From: a bacterium
GTDB lineage: Bacteria > Actinomycetota > CALGFH01
Length of the DNA stretch: 64,000 bases
Direction of reading: 5' to 3'
NCBI GenBank assembly: GCA_046727955.1
Contig: JBKPDO010000166.1
Coordinates: forward strand, 1,440-65,439
A program made the translations under genes and the position numbers. Shown here in pieces: positions 8,983 through 19,089 of the stretch; positions within the stretch are counted from its first letter, which is position 1; every line of letters begins with the position of its first letter. The notes under the pieces were generated by a model, which worked only from the letters and a program-made list of their open reading frames with translations, searched no databases and was not told where the DNA came from.

Positions 8983-9090
8983 TCAGGCGGCCGTCGGCTC
9001 GGCGAGGTGTCGGAGCACCACCGCGGCGTAGGTGGCGACCCCGACCGTGAGGGCGTCCTCGTCGAGCGAGGGCCGACCCGGCTCACTCAC
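8983..9090 (-). pseudogene. C-terminal remnant resembling an M20 amidohydrolase
   Basis: LDEDALTVGVATYAAVVLRHL resembles the M20D terminal helix; abuts the AKR stop. Confidence 0.5.
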
Positions 9091-10108
9091 TGCTGGAGTC
9101 CGCCCAGATATTGATATTTCCTTCGGTCGCGTAGCGATCGATCTCGGCCAGCTCCTCGTCGTCGAAGGACAGGTTCCCCAGCGCGCCGACGTTGCCCTCG
9201 AGCTGGGCGACGCTGCTCGCGCCGACCAGCGCCGAGGTCACCCGCGGGTCGCGCAGCGTCCACGCCAGCGCCATCTGCGCCAGCGTCTGCTCGCGGAGGC
9301 GCGCGATCTGATTCAGCGACCGTACCCTGGCGAGGTTCTGCTCGCTCAGCATGTCGCGGCTGAGCGTGCCCGGCTGGCTCGCCCGCGAGCCCTCGGGAAT
9401 CCCGTCGAGGTAGCGGTCGGTGAGCAGCCCCTGCGCCAGCGGCGAGAACACGATGCAGCCCACGCCCTCGGCGCCGAGCACGTCGAGCAGGCCGTCCTCG
9501 ATCCAGCGGTTCAGCAGCGAGTACGAGGGCTGGTGGATCAGCAGTGGCGTGCCCAGCTCCCGCAGGATCCGCACGGCGTCGCGGGTCCGCTCCGGCGAGT
9601 ACGACGACACCCCGACGTACAGCGCCTTGCCCCGCCGCACGGCTGTGTCCAGTGCGCCGAGCGTCTCCTCCAGCGGGGTGTCGGGGTCGAAGCGGTGCGA
9701 ATAGAAGATGTCCACGTACTCCAGGCCCATGCGTCCGAGGCTCTGGTCTAGGCTCGCCAGCAGGTACTTGCGCGAGCCCCATTCGCCGTACGGGCCCGGC
9801 CACATGTCGTAGCCGGCCTTGGTGGAGACGACCAGCTCGTCGCGGTAGGCATGCAGGTCGGTGGCGAGGATGCGGCCGAAGTTCTCCTCGGCCAACCCGT
9901 AGGGCGGGCCGTAGTTGTTGGCCAGGTCGAAGTGGGTGACGCCCAGGTCGAAGGCGCGGCGGACGATGGCGCGCTGGTCGTCCAGCGGCCGGCCGTGACC
10001 GAAGTTCTGCCACAGACCGAGCGAGACCGCCGGCAGCAGAAGCCCGCTGCGCCCGACGCGGCGGTACCGCATGGCGTCGTAACGCTGAGGAGTGGCTAGA
10101 TAGGTCAT
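9083..10108 (-). CDS. gpr: Aldo/keto reductase, L-glyceraldehyde-3-phosphate reductase type
   Basis: SLGLWQNFG, HFDLANNYGPPYG, STKAGYDMWPGPYG. Confidence 0.88.
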   Translation of the reverse strand: MTYLATPQRYDAMRYRRVGRSGLLLPAVSLGLWQNFGHGRPLDDQRAIVRRAFDLGVTHFDLANNYGPPYGLAEENFGRILATDLHAYRDELVVSTKAGYDMWPGPYGEWGSRKYLLASLDQSLGRMGLEYVDIFYSHRFDPDTPLEETLGALDTAVRRGKALYVGVSSYSPERTRDAVRILRELGTPLLIHQPSYSLLNRWIEDGLLDVLGAEGVGCIVFSPLAQGLLTDRYLDGIPEGSRASQPGTLSRDMLSEQNLARVRSLNQIARLREQTLAQMALAWTLRDPRVTSALVGASSVAQLEGNVGALGNLSFDDEELAEIDRYATEGNINIWADSSSE

Positions 10109-10650
10109 CGCGCCACGATACAGAAGCCGAGCGGACCGAAGCTGACCCGGTCGCCGGGGCGGGCGGGGACCGCGCCGGCGATGCGCCAGCCGTTGAGACG
10201 GGTCCCGTTGGTCGAGCCCAGGTCGACCAACAGCCACTCTTCGCCCTGACGGCGCAGCTCCGCGTGGTGGCGCGACACCGAAGGGTCGGCGAGCACCAGG
10301 TCGCAGTCCCTGGCGCGGCCGATGGTGAGCCGCTCGTGGCCGGCGGAGGGCAGCGCCAGGCGCGGAAGGCGTGGCCCCCGCCAGGCGGCCTGCAGTTGCG
10401 TGGTGAGCGTCGACAGCGCGAAGACGGTGTCGGTAAGCCGGCGGGCGACCCGTCCCTGCGGCGGCAGGTCGTCGAGCAGTGCCGCGAGCTCGCCGCGGCT
10501 GCGGGCGCGGAAGGCGAGGTCCAGGCGGCGCACGAAGGTGTCGAACGAGATCCGGCCCTCGACCGAGCGGTCGCGCAGGGCCCTGATGGCGCGCTCACGG
10601 TCCGCATCCGACACGCGCGTCGGAGGTGGTGTGTGCGCCTGCTCCGCCAT
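10105..10650 (-). CDS. DUF1707 + FHA domain protein
   Basis: RVSDADRERA (DUF1707); IGR, SVSRHHA, DLGSTNGT (FHA); ATGA overlap with AKR. Confidence 0.88.
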   Translation of the reverse strand: MAEQAHTPPPTRVSDADRERAIRALRDRSVEGRISFDTFVRRLDLAFRARSRGELAALLDDLPPQGRVARRLTDTVFALSTLTTQLQAAWRGPRLPRLALPSAGHERLTIGRARDCDLVLADPSVSRHHAELRRQGEEWLLVDLGSTNGTRLNGWRIAGAVPARPGDRVSFGPLGFCIVAR

Positions 10651-10706
10651 ACCTGGACATTCTTCCCGCGCCACCACGCCGTGTCCAGGGAGGGTTGCGG
10701 CGCCGC

Positions 10707-10940
10707 TCAGCGCTGGGCTTCTAGCTTGACGACCAGGTCGTCGATGAAGGCTGTGCGGGCCTCCGGAGCGGCGCCGGCGACCGCCATGCCGACCAGGTAG
10801 GCGGTCACTGGCGCGGCGCGGCGCTCCGACGCATGCGCCGCCACCCGAGCCAGCTCGAGAACCGCCTCGACCTCGTCCGCCCCCACGCTCGGCGCGTTCG
10901 GGCCGAGCAGTACGCGCACCTTGTCGATGAACTCCTCCAT
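10707..10940 (-). CDS. DUF6457 family protein
   Basis: VLELARVAAHASERRAAPVTAYLVG. Confidence 0.75.
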   Translation of the reverse strand: MEEFIDKVRVLLGPNAPSVGADEVEAVLELARVAAHASERRAAPVTAYLVGMAVAGAAPEARTAFIDDLVVKLEAQR

Positions 10941-11037
10941 GACCCGTCCTCCGGTTGGGAGGCTCCCCACCGCCCGCAAGATTAGCCCCTTCGTACAATG
11001 GCGTGGTGCCTTCCTTCACGACCCCGGTCGAGCGTCC

Positions 11038-11721
11038 ATGAAGCGACTGCTCCTGCTGCGCCACGCCTCCACCGAGCAGACGGGCAGGCGGCTCAGCGGC
11101 TGGACCCCGGGGATCCACCTGAGCGAGCAGGGTGTCCGGGAGGCGCAGGCGCTGGCCGAGCGGCTCGCGCCGCTGGAGATCCAGGCCGTCTACTCGAGCC
11201 CGCTGGAGCGCTGCCTGGAGACGGCCGCGGCCGTGGCGGAGCCACGCGGCCTCGGGGTCGAGACCGTCGAGGACGTCGGCGAGGTCCACTATGGCGAGTG
11301 GACCGGCAGGGAGCTGTCGGAGCTGGCCAAGCAGGAGCTGTGGCGGCTGGTCCAGCTGCACCCCTCGGGCGCGCGCTTCCCGGGGGGCGAGTCGATCCTG
11401 GAGATGCAGACCAGGGCGGTGGTCGCCTGCGAGCGGCTGCGGAGCGACCATTCCGGCGAGACCGTCGCCGTGTGCAGTCACGCTGACGTGATCAAGGCGG
11501 TCACCGCCCACTACCTCGGCATGCATCTGGACCTCTTCCAGCGGCTGGTGGTGGGCCCGGCCAGTGTGACCGCGCTGGGCTTCGGTCCGCTGCCGCACCT
11601 GCTGCGCCTCAACTCGATCGGCGACGAGCGCGACCTGCGCCCGCCCAAGGAGCCCGAGGAGCAGCCCGGGGAGCCCGGGGAGGGCGAGGAGCCCGAGGAG
11701 GGCGGCGATGGCACGGCGTGA
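11038..11721 (+). CDS. Histidine phosphatase, MSMEG_4193 family
   Basis: LLLRHA, SSPLERCLETA, VCSHADVIKA; followed by DUF3090 and SCO1664. Confidence 0.88.
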   Translation: MKRLLLLRHASTEQTGRRLSGWTPGIHLSEQGVREAQALAERLAPLEIQAVYSSPLERCLETAAAVAEPRGLGVETVEDVGEVHYGEWTGRELSELAKQELWRLVQLHPSGARFPGGESILEMQTRAVVACERLRSDHSGETVAVCSHADVIKAVTAHYLGMHLDLFQRLVVGPASVTALGFGPLPHLLRLNSIGDERDLRPPKEPEEQPGEPGEGEEPEEGGDGTA

Positions 11722-12250
11722 GCTCGACCCCGTCACCCGCCTGACCACCGATGCGGTCGGCGTGCCGGGCCAGCGCACCTTCTTCATCCAGGCGGCCTCC
11801 GGCCCGGACCAGGTCACCCTGCTGGTCGAGAAGGAGCAGGTGCGCGTGCTGGCCGAGCGCGTCATCGCCTGGCTGCCCGAGCTGGCGGCGGACCGCCCCG
11901 AGGACCCCGACGAGGTGCGGGAGGCGGAGACCGGGGAGCTGGGCCTGAGCGAGCCGATCCAGCCGGACTTCCGGGTGGGCCAGCTCGCGCTCACCTACGA
12001 CCCAGAGCGCGACCGGGTGGTGGTGCTGGCGACCGAGCTCGTGCCCGAGGACGAGGTGGAGGAGGATCTCACGCAGGAGCCGCAGGAGGTGCAGCTGTGG
12101 GTCACCCGGCCGCAGCTCCGCGTGATGGCCCGCCACGGCGCCCAGGTGGTGGAGCAGGGCCGGCCGCCGTGCCCCCTCTGCGGCAACCCCCTCGACCCGT
12201 CCGGTCACGTCTGCCCAGCGCAGAACGGCCACCGCCCGACGCTGGCCTGA
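11708..12250 (+). CDS. DUF3090 family protein
   Basis: VGVPGQRTFFIQA and C-terminal GRPPCPLCGNPLDPSGHVCPAQNG. Confidence 0.9.
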   Translation: MARRELDPVTRLTTDAVGVPGQRTFFIQAASGPDQVTLLVEKEQVRVLAERVIAWLPELAADRPEDPDEVREAETGELGLSEPIQPDFRVGQLALTYDPERDRVVVLATELVPEDEVEEDLTQEPQEVQLWVTRPQLRVMARHGAQVVEQGRPPCPLCGNPLDPSGHVCPAQNGHRPTLA

Positions 12251-12253
12251 CCC

Positions 12254-13042
12254 TTGCCCACCGTGCCCAGTCGTCCCGACGCCGAGCTCCCAGACCCGGA
12301 CCAGGCCGGCCCCTGCCCGGCGGCGGAGGTGTCCGGCGCCCGCGCGCTCGCCTTCTTGGCCGAGGGCGAGCTGGAGGTGCTCGGGCGCATCCCGTGGGCA
12401 TCGAACGCCACCCTGATGGCCCGCGTCCGGCACCAGGACCTCGAGGGCCTGGCGATCTACAAGCCACGCCGGGGTGAGCGGCCGCTGTGGGACTTCCCGA
12501 ACGGGACCCTGTACCGCCGTGAGGTGGCGGCCTACCGGGTGAGCGAGGCGATCGGCTGGGGCCTGGTGCCACCCACGGTGGTGCGCGACGGTCCCTTCGG
12601 CGTCGGCTCGCTGCAGCTCTACGTGGAGGCCGACCCGGAGCTGACCGCCTTCGAGCTGGTTGAGGCCGACAACCCGGCGATGTTGCTGATCACCGCCTTC
12701 GACGTGGTGATCAATAATGCCGACCGCAAGGCCGGCCACTGCCTGACCAGGTCCGCGCGCGAGCGGGTGTGGGCCATCGACCACGGCGTCTGCTTCCACG
12801 TCGAGCCGAAGCTCCGCACGGTGCTGTGGGACTTCGCCGGGCAGCCGCTCGGGCGGGAGGTGGTCACCGCGATCGAATCTGTGGCGCTGGCCGCGCGCCA
12901 AGGGCAGCTCGCGAGGGAGCTCGCCCAGCTGCTGTCACCCGAGGAGGCTGCCGCGGTCGCGCGCCGGGCGGCCGCGCTCGCCCGCGCCGGCTGCCTGCCG
13001 CTGCCGACCGGCCGGCGCCCGTATCCCTGGCCGCTGATCTGA
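12254..13042 (+). CDS. SCO1664 family protein (PI3/4-kinase-like)
   Basis: YKPRRGERPLWDFP, REVAAY, NNADRKAGH, IDHG. Confidence 0.9.
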   Translation: MPTVPSRPDAELPDPDQAGPCPAAEVSGARALAFLAEGELEVLGRIPWASNATLMARVRHQDLEGLAIYKPRRGERPLWDFPNGTLYRREVAAYRVSEAIGWGLVPPTVVRDGPFGVGSLQLYVEADPELTAFELVEADNPAMLLITAFDVVINNADRKAGHCLTRSARERVWAIDHGVCFHVEPKLRTVLWDFAGQPLGREVVTAIESVALAARQGQLARELAQLLSPEEAAAVARRAAALARAGCLPLPTGRRPYPWPLI

Positions 13043-13252
13043 GTCTGAATGTCCGTGGAGGGGTTCTGTGGGGGGTTCTGTGAGGGCTTCGCCCGGCTTC
13101 GCTCGTTGCTCCTGGTCTGTACGATCGATGCACGGACCGGGGAGGCGCATTACGCTGGTGTGCAACGCCTGCGCCGGGCGATCGGCAGCGTGATGGGGCT
13201 CACGCGGCGATTGGGCCCGCGTCCGCCGGCGGCCAAGGTGGGAGCGGGAGCG

Positions 13253-14965
13253 ATGACACGACGGGCCTGTGCGGTGCTGGTGCTGGCGCTGCTGGCTGCA
13301 GCCTGCCAGGCGAAAGTCTCCAACCCGACCGGGGACGACAGCTCCAAGGGCATCCGGCACGGCACGCTGCGGGTCCTGGACCAGTCGGACGTCGAGGCGC
13401 TCGACCCGGGCATGGCCTACGGCGCGGCCGATCTCGCGCTGCTGCGCGGGATGGTTCGCGAGCTGTACTCCTTCGACGTGAGCCGGCGGGACGAGCAGGC
13501 GCTCGAGCCGGTGCCCGACCTCGCCGACGGCCCCTACCAGCTCTCCCCGGACGGCCGCACCTACACCTTCCGCATCCGCCCTGGGGTGCTCTACGCCCCC
13601 CCGGTCAGCCGTGAGGTGCGCGCCAGGGACTTTGTCTATGCCATCCGCCGCCAGTTCCAGCCGGGGCAGCGCGATCGCTCCCCCAACCCCTACGCCGGCC
13701 TGATCAAGGGCGTTGCCGAGTTCGCCGCGGGCAAGGCCAAGACGATCTCGGGCATGCAGGCGGTCGACGACTTCACTCTGAGGATCACCCTGAACCAGCC
13801 GGCCAGCGATTTTCCCAGCATCCTGACGCTGCCGTTCTTCTCGCCGGTGCCCGAGGAGTACGCCTCCCGGTATCAGCTCGGCCAGGGCTACGCCAGGCAC
13901 ATGGTCGGCTCGGGGCCCTACACGCTGGCGAACTACACGCCAGGCAAGCTGATCGAGCTGGTCCGCAACAGCAACTGGGAGCAGCAGTCCGACCCGCTGC
14001 GCAAGGCCTGGGTGGACGGGATCAGGGTGGAGATCGGTGGCACCGAGGCCGACATCCAGGACAAGATCGAGCGGGGCGACGCCGACCTGAACCTCGACCT
14101 CGTCTCACCACCGAACCAGGACCTGCGACGGCTGTCGAGCGACCCAGACCTGAAGAAGCAGTTCGCGGTGATGACCACCGGCTGCGTCCGCTACCTGAGC
14201 CTGCAGACCGACAGCGGGCCGACCTCCAACGCGCTGGTGCGCAAGGCGATCAACCTCGCCGTCGACAAGCGCGCGCTGCTGCTGGAGATCGGCGGCGTCT
14301 TCGCCGGCGACGTCGCCACCACGGTGCTGAGCCCGACTCTCAGCGGCTTCCAGAGCTACCCGGACCCCTACTCGACGCCCGACTACCGCGGTGACCCCGC
14401 GGCGGCGCGCCGGCTGCTGGCGCGGGCGGGCTACCCCAACGGGGTGACGATCAACTACGTCGGGCCGAGGACCGGCAAGGGCCCCGAGGTCCAGGCGAGC
14501 CTGCAGTCCGCGCTCGGGCGCGCCGGGATCAAGCTGAACTCAAAGACCTACGACGGCTACAAGGTCTACACCGAATCGCTGCAGCTCCAGAGCAAGCGGG
14601 ACGAGCACCAGATCGGCCTGGCGCGCTGGTGCCCGGACTTCCCCGGCAACGGCGCCCGCTCCTTCATCGGCGTGCTGCTCGACGGTCGCAAGATCACCCC
14701 GACCGCCAACAACAACTACGGGGACTACAACAACCCGCAGGTCAGCGCGATGATCGACGAGGCATACCGGACCGTGGACACGCGGCGCCGCAACGCCCTC
14801 TGGGGCCAGATCGACCGCAAGATCATGGAGGACGCGGCCTGGGTGCCGCTGGTCTACGAGCGCCAGCCCTACTTCTGGTCCTCCCGCGTCAAGCAGTGGA
14901 CCTTCTCGCCCTGGATCAGCAACCCCGACATCACCAACGTCTGGCTCGACCCCAATACGCCGTAG
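13253..14965 (+). CDS. Peptide/nickel ABC substrate-binding lipoprotein (family 5), orphan
   Basis: Lipobox LAAC, VPDLAD, DGRTYTFRIR, GSGPY; no adjacent permeases. Confidence 0.88.
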   Translation: MTRRACAVLVLALLAAACQAKVSNPTGDDSSKGIRHGTLRVLDQSDVEALDPGMAYGAADLALLRGMVRELYSFDVSRRDEQALEPVPDLADGPYQLSPDGRTYTFRIRPGVLYAPPVSREVRARDFVYAIRRQFQPGQRDRSPNPYAGLIKGVAEFAAGKAKTISGMQAVDDFTLRITLNQPASDFPSILTLPFFSPVPEEYASRYQLGQGYARHMVGSGPYTLANYTPGKLIELVRNSNWEQQSDPLRKAWVDGIRVEIGGTEADIQDKIERGDADLNLDLVSPPNQDLRRLSSDPDLKKQFAVMTTGCVRYLSLQTDSGPTSNALVRKAINLAVDKRALLLEIGGVFAGDVATTVLSPTLSGFQSYPDPYSTPDYRGDPAAARRLLARAGYPNGVTINYVGPRTGKGPEVQASLQSALGRAGIKLNSKTYDGYKVYTESLQLQSKRDEHQIGLARWCPDFPGNGARSFIGVLLDGRKITPTANNNYGDYNNPQVSAMIDEAYRTVDTRRRNALWGQIDRKIMEDAAWVPLVYERQPYFWSSRVKQWTFSPWISNPDITNVWLDPNTP

Positions 14966-15051
14966 AGCCGCAGGATCAGGCGGCGTCCACCCAGCGGCGG
15001 TTCGCGTAAATCCCTTTTTTCCTTTGAGTTCTCCTGCCAAGATGGGCCTCC

Positions 15052-15290
15052 ATGCCTGAGCAGCCCGTGGCCGGAAGGCTTCTTCGCCGTGGCGTCACCG
15101 TGATGTGGCGCCAGGTGCGGCTCCATCCCATCCCGTTCCTGATCGCCGTGAGTGGCGCGATGGTGTACGCGCTCGCGATCGTCGGCCAGTCCTGGGTGCT
15201 CGGCCAGGTGGTCGACCGCGTGGTGACCCCGCGGTTCGCCAGCGGCCACCTCGCCGTGGGGGCGACGATCGCCGCCGCGGCGGGCGAGCC
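15052..15290 (+). pseudogene. N-terminal remnant of an ABC exporter (TMD start)
   Basis: LLRRGVTVMWRQVRLHPIPFLIAV...WVLGQVVDRVVTP resembles first helices of ABC exporters; ends after about 80 codons. Confidence 0.6.
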
Positions 15291-15337
15291 CGGGGGCCCT
15301 TCCCATCCCCGCCGGACGTGATATAGGTTCGCCACAT

Positions 15338-17278
15338 ATGCGCGCCACTGATCTTGCCCTGCTCCGCATTCCTAGCATGCCCACGCTATCGCCGGACGGT
15401 CGCCTGGTCGCAGTTGCGCTCACGCGCATCGACCTGGACTCGGACGCCTACCACAGCGAGATCTGGGTTGTGCCCAGCGACGGCTCTGCCCCGCCGAGCC
15501 GCTTCACCAACGGGCCAAGGGACAGCTGGCCTCGCTTCTCGCCTGACGGCCGCTGGCTCGCGTTCCTCCGCGCTGGCGAGGACGACGGCGCCAGGCCGCA
15601 GGTCCACGTCATGCCCGTGGACGGCGGTGAGCCGCGCCAGCTCTGCGAGCACCCCCTCGGCGCCGAGTCGATCGCGTGGAGCCCCGACTCCACCCGCATC
15701 GCCTACCTCGCGCGGATACCAGAGTCCGGGCGCTACGGCACGGCGGACGACGTGCCACCCTCCAAGGAGCCGCCGCGGCGCATCACCACCCTGAAGTTCC
15801 GCCTGGACAACGTCGGTTTCATCCTCGACCGCCGGCCGCACGTCTTCGTGGTCGACGCCCTCGCTGAGCGGCCTGAGCCGGTCCAGCTAACCCGTGGCGA
15901 CTTCGACCACGGCGACCCCGCCTGGAGTCCCGACGGCCGCCTGGTCGCCTTCGTCTCCGCCCGGCACCAGGACCGCGACTACGACGAGCTGTCCGACGTC
16001 TTCGTGGTGCCGGCCGAGGGCGGCGATGCGGTGCAGGTCACCCGCACCACCGTGCCGGCCAGCCGCCCGGCCTTCTCCCCGGACGGCCGGACGGTGTGGT
16101 TCTGCGCCCCCGCGACCGACGAGGCCGCGCGCAACGCCGGGCTGTGGTCGGTGCCGGCCGACGGCTCCGAGGCGCCGCGCAGGCTCACCGACGCCGAGCG
16201 CTGGGACGTGGACAACTTCCTATCGGGCGGGGTCCTGGACCTGCTGGTCGAGGACGACGCCGTGACCACGATCGTGCTCGAGCGCGGCGCCGTCCACCTG
16301 TACCGCTTCCCCAGGGACGGCGGCGAGCCGGCCTGCCTGCTCGGTGGCCCGCGGCAGGTGCAGGACTACGCGCACGCGGCCGGCGTGATCGCCGCCGTGG
16401 TCAGCGACGGCTCCACCGTCGGCGAGGTCGTCGTGCTGGATCACGGTCGGGAGCTGGTCGTGTCCGACTTCGGCGCGCTGCTGGCGCGCTCCGCCTCGCT
16501 GCGGCCGATGGTCGAGGTCAGCGGCACGGCGCCCGACGGCTATCCGGTGCACGGCTGGGTGGTCAAGCCCGCCGGCAAGGGGCCGTTCCCGGTGCTCCTC
16601 GTGATCCACGGCGGGCCCTTCGCCCAGTACGGCTACCGGCTGTTCGACGAGGCGCAGGTCTATGCCGGCGCCGGCTACGCCGTGGTGATGGGCAACCCGC
16701 GCGGCTCGGCGGGCTACGGCGAGGCCCACGGCCGGGCGATCGTCTTCGACAAGGGCAACCTCGACTCGGCCGACCTGCTCGCGCTGCTCGACGCCGCGCT
16801 GGCCGACCCGGAGCTGGACGGCGACCGCGTCGGAGTGCTCGGCGGCTCCTACGGCGGCTTCATGACCTCCTGGCTGGTCGGCCACACCGACCGCTTCCGC
16901 GCCGCGATCAGCGAGCGCGCCGTCAACGCGTTCGACAGCTTCGAGGGGTCCAGCGACATCGGCGCCAAGTTCCTCGAGGTCTACGTGGGCACTGACCCCG
17001 AGCGGGTCAAGGCGCAGAGCCCGCTGACCTACGCGGACAAGATCGAGACCCCGATGCTGCTGATCCACTCGGAGGAGGACTGGCGCTGCCCGCTGGAGCA
17101 GGCGCAGCGCCTGTTCGTCACGCTCAAGCTCCGCAGGGCCGAGGTCGAGATGCTGGTCTTCCCGGGCGAGGGCCACGAGCTCTCCCGCTCTGGCCTGCCA
17201 AGCCACCGCGTCGCCCGCTTCGAGGCCATCCTCGACTGGTGGGCCCGCCACCTGAACGGCGGCGTCACGGCAGGGTGA
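15338..17278 (+). CDS. S9 family peptidase with PD40 propeller
   Basis: SPDG repeats, HGGP, GGSYGG, HSEEDWRC, EGHEL. Confidence 0.93.
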   Translation: MRATDLALLRIPSMPTLSPDGRLVAVALTRIDLDSDAYHSEIWVVPSDGSAPPSRFTNGPRDSWPRFSPDGRWLAFLRAGEDDGARPQVHVMPVDGGEPRQLCEHPLGAESIAWSPDSTRIAYLARIPESGRYGTADDVPPSKEPPRRITTLKFRLDNVGFILDRRPHVFVVDALAERPEPVQLTRGDFDHGDPAWSPDGRLVAFVSARHQDRDYDELSDVFVVPAEGGDAVQVTRTTVPASRPAFSPDGRTVWFCAPATDEAARNAGLWSVPADGSEAPRRLTDAERWDVDNFLSGGVLDLLVEDDAVTTIVLERGAVHLYRFPRDGGEPACLLGGPRQVQDYAHAAGVIAAVVSDGSTVGEVVVLDHGRELVVSDFGALLARSASLRPMVEVSGTAPDGYPVHGWVVKPAGKGPFPVLLVIHGGPFAQYGYRLFDEAQVYAGAGYAVVMGNPRGSAGYGEAHGRAIVFDKGNLDSADLLALLDAALADPELDGDRVGVLGGSYGGFMTSWLVGHTDRFRAAISERAVNAFDSFEGSSDIGAKFLEVYVGTDPERVKAQSPLTYADKIETPMLLIHSEEDWRCPLEQAQRLFVTLKLRRAEVEMLVFPGEGHELSRSGLPSHRVARFEAILDWWARHLNGGVTAG

Positions 17279-18029
17279 GGACCTGGGGGCCGTCGGCGGT
17301 GATGGCGACGGTGTGCTCGAAGTGGGCCGAACGGGAGCCGTCGCGAGTGACCAGGGCCCAGCCGTCGGGCTTGACCCCGTAGGTGCCGCCGCCCTCGTTG
17401 AACATCGGCTCGATCGCGAGCACCAGCCCCTCGCGGAGCCGCAGCCCCCTTCCCGGGCGGCCGTCGTTCTGCACGCTCGGGTCCTCGTGCATGACCCGGC
17501 CGATGCCGTGACCGCCGAAGTCCGGCACGATGCCGTAGCCGGCCGCGTGCGCCACCAGCCCGACCGCGTGGCTGATGTCAGACAGGCGGTTACCGCCCCG
17601 GGCCTGCTCGATCCCGGCCCACAGGCCGCGCTCGGTGGTCTCCAGCAAGCGCCTGGCCGCCTCGTCGACCTCCCCCACCGGCACGGTGAGGGCGGCGTCG
17701 CCGTGGTAGCCGTCCACGATGGCGCCGCAGTCGATCGAGAGAACGTCGCCCTCGCGCAGGCGGTAGCGGTCAGGGATGCCGTGGACGATCACGTTGTTCG
17801 GCGACAGGCACAGCGTGCCTGGGAAGGGCGTCGGAGCGAAGCGGGGATGGTAGCCGAGGAACGAGGGCGTCGCGCCGTCGGCGCGGATCGTCTCCTCTCC
17901 CAGCGCGTCGAGCTCACGCAGGGACACACCGGGACGCACAGCGTCCTTGACCGCGGCCAGTGTGCGGGCGACGACGCGCCCCGCCTCCCGCATGGTCTCG
18001 ATCTCGTCACGTGACTTGAGGATGACCAC
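17265..18029 (-). CDS. map: Methionine aminopeptidase type I
   Basis: IVHGIP, DCGA, HGDAA, GHGIG, AIEPM, SAHFEHTV. Confidence 0.95.
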   Translation of the reverse strand: MVILKSRDEIETMREAGRVVARTLAAVKDAVRPGVSLRELDALGEETIRADGATPSFLGYHPRFAPTPFPGTLCLSPNNVIVHGIPDRYRLREGDVLSIDCGAIVDGYHGDAALTVPVGEVDEAARRLLETTERGLWAGIEQARGGNRLSDISHAVGLVAHAAGYGIVPDFGGHGIGRVMHEDPSVQNDGRPGRGLRLREGLVLAIEPMFNEGGGTYGVKPDGWALVTRDGSRSAHFEHTVAITADGPQVLTLP

Positions 18030-18228
18030 GACACGCTCCTGAGGATGACTGCCCACCGGGGTCTCGGGGTCGAGCCTACCGTAGCAAGGCGGCGGCCGGG
18101 CGGACTGCTCCTCCATGAACGACCCGCGATGGCCCAAACGCCGTGAAGATGTCCGAACTTCCCTGCCAGGTACGTGCTCGTGCCCGGTTTTTCTAATGAA
18201 TTCTACTGACTAGACAGGCTGGCACGTC

Positions 18229-18257
18229 TTGTGCTGTGAGAGAACGATCTCTATCAT
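18229..18257 (+). promoter_or_regulatory. Promoter (TTGTGC-17-TATCAT) with operator-like motif
   Basis: 18/23 identity with the 25762-25784 motif. Confidence 0.6.
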
Positions 18258-18301
18258 ACCCCGCAGACGCCACCCCCCTACGAGACCAGGAGGCGGACTG
18301 C

Positions 18302-19084
18302 ATGGACAGGACAGCACTCCAAAGGGCGAGGCCGCGGCGGGTCTTCTCCGCGGTGCTGGCGCTCGGCCTCGCGGCCCTGCTCGTGCCCGTGTGGGCGGGC
18401 GCGGCGGCGGCGCGCGAGAGCAGGAAGGCCGGCAGCTACCGCCTCGCCGTCGGGTTCGGGGACGAGCCCGCGTACGCCGGCCAGAAGAACAGCGCGCAGG
18501 TGCTCATCAGCGACGCCGCCGGCAAGCCAGTGACCGACCTCGGCGACACGCTGAAGGTCATGGTGATGATGGGCAAGCAGACCGTGGATCTCTCCCTGGA
18601 GCCGTTGTTCGAGGTCGGCGAGTTCGGGACGCCCGGAGACTACCGGGCGTTCTTCATCCCGAGCGCGCCGGGCAGGTACACCTTCCATCTCCATGGCAAC
18701 ATCAAGGGCCAGACGGTCAACCAGGACTTCACCTCCTCGCCCACGACCTTCTCGGACGTCCAGGACCCGGCACGCGCCGCCTTCCCCAAGCTGGACCAGC
18801 CGACCACCGGCCAGGTCGCCCAGCGCCTCGACCGCGAGGCGGCCCGGCTCGGCACCGCCGTGCAGGGCGCGATGGCGGCCAGCGGCAGCGCCGACCGGCG
18901 GTCGCGTGACACCGCCGGCCAGATCAGGCTGCTGACCATCATGGGTGCCATCGGGTTCATCCTCGGGCTGATGAGCGCGATCCTCGGTGGGAGCGCGCGG
19001 CGCATCGCACGGCGCGCGGCCCGCCGTGCCGCCCAGCCGCCGAGCGCTGAAGCTGAAGAGGTCCGCGCCACTGTGGAGGTCTGA
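18302..19084 (+). CDS. Secreted/membrane-anchored Ig-like (FixH/YtkA-like) protein typical of copper loci
   Basis: Signal peptide, YRLAVGFGDEPAYAG, PGDYRAFFIPSAPGRYTFHL, C-terminal TM helix; precedes a CopD remnant. Confidence 0.6.
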   Translation: MDRTALQRARPRRVFSAVLALGLAALLVPVWAGAAAARESRKAGSYRLAVGFGDEPAYAGQKNSAQVLISDAAGKPVTDLGDTLKVMVMMGKQTVDLSLEPLFEVGEFGTPGDYRAFFIPSAPGRYTFHLHGNIKGQTVNQDFTSSPTTFSDVQDPARAAFPKLDQPTTGQVAQRLDREAARLGTAVQGAMAASGSADRRSRDTAGQIRLLTIMGAIGFILGLMSAILGGSARRIARRAARRAAQPPSAEAEEVRATVEV

Positions 19085-19089
19085 CGCCG

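Noticed and set aside
10105-11994. 629-aa ORF as one protein
   Set aside because: The real gene starts at 10650; the rest is antisense to the MSMEG_4193/DUF3090 genes
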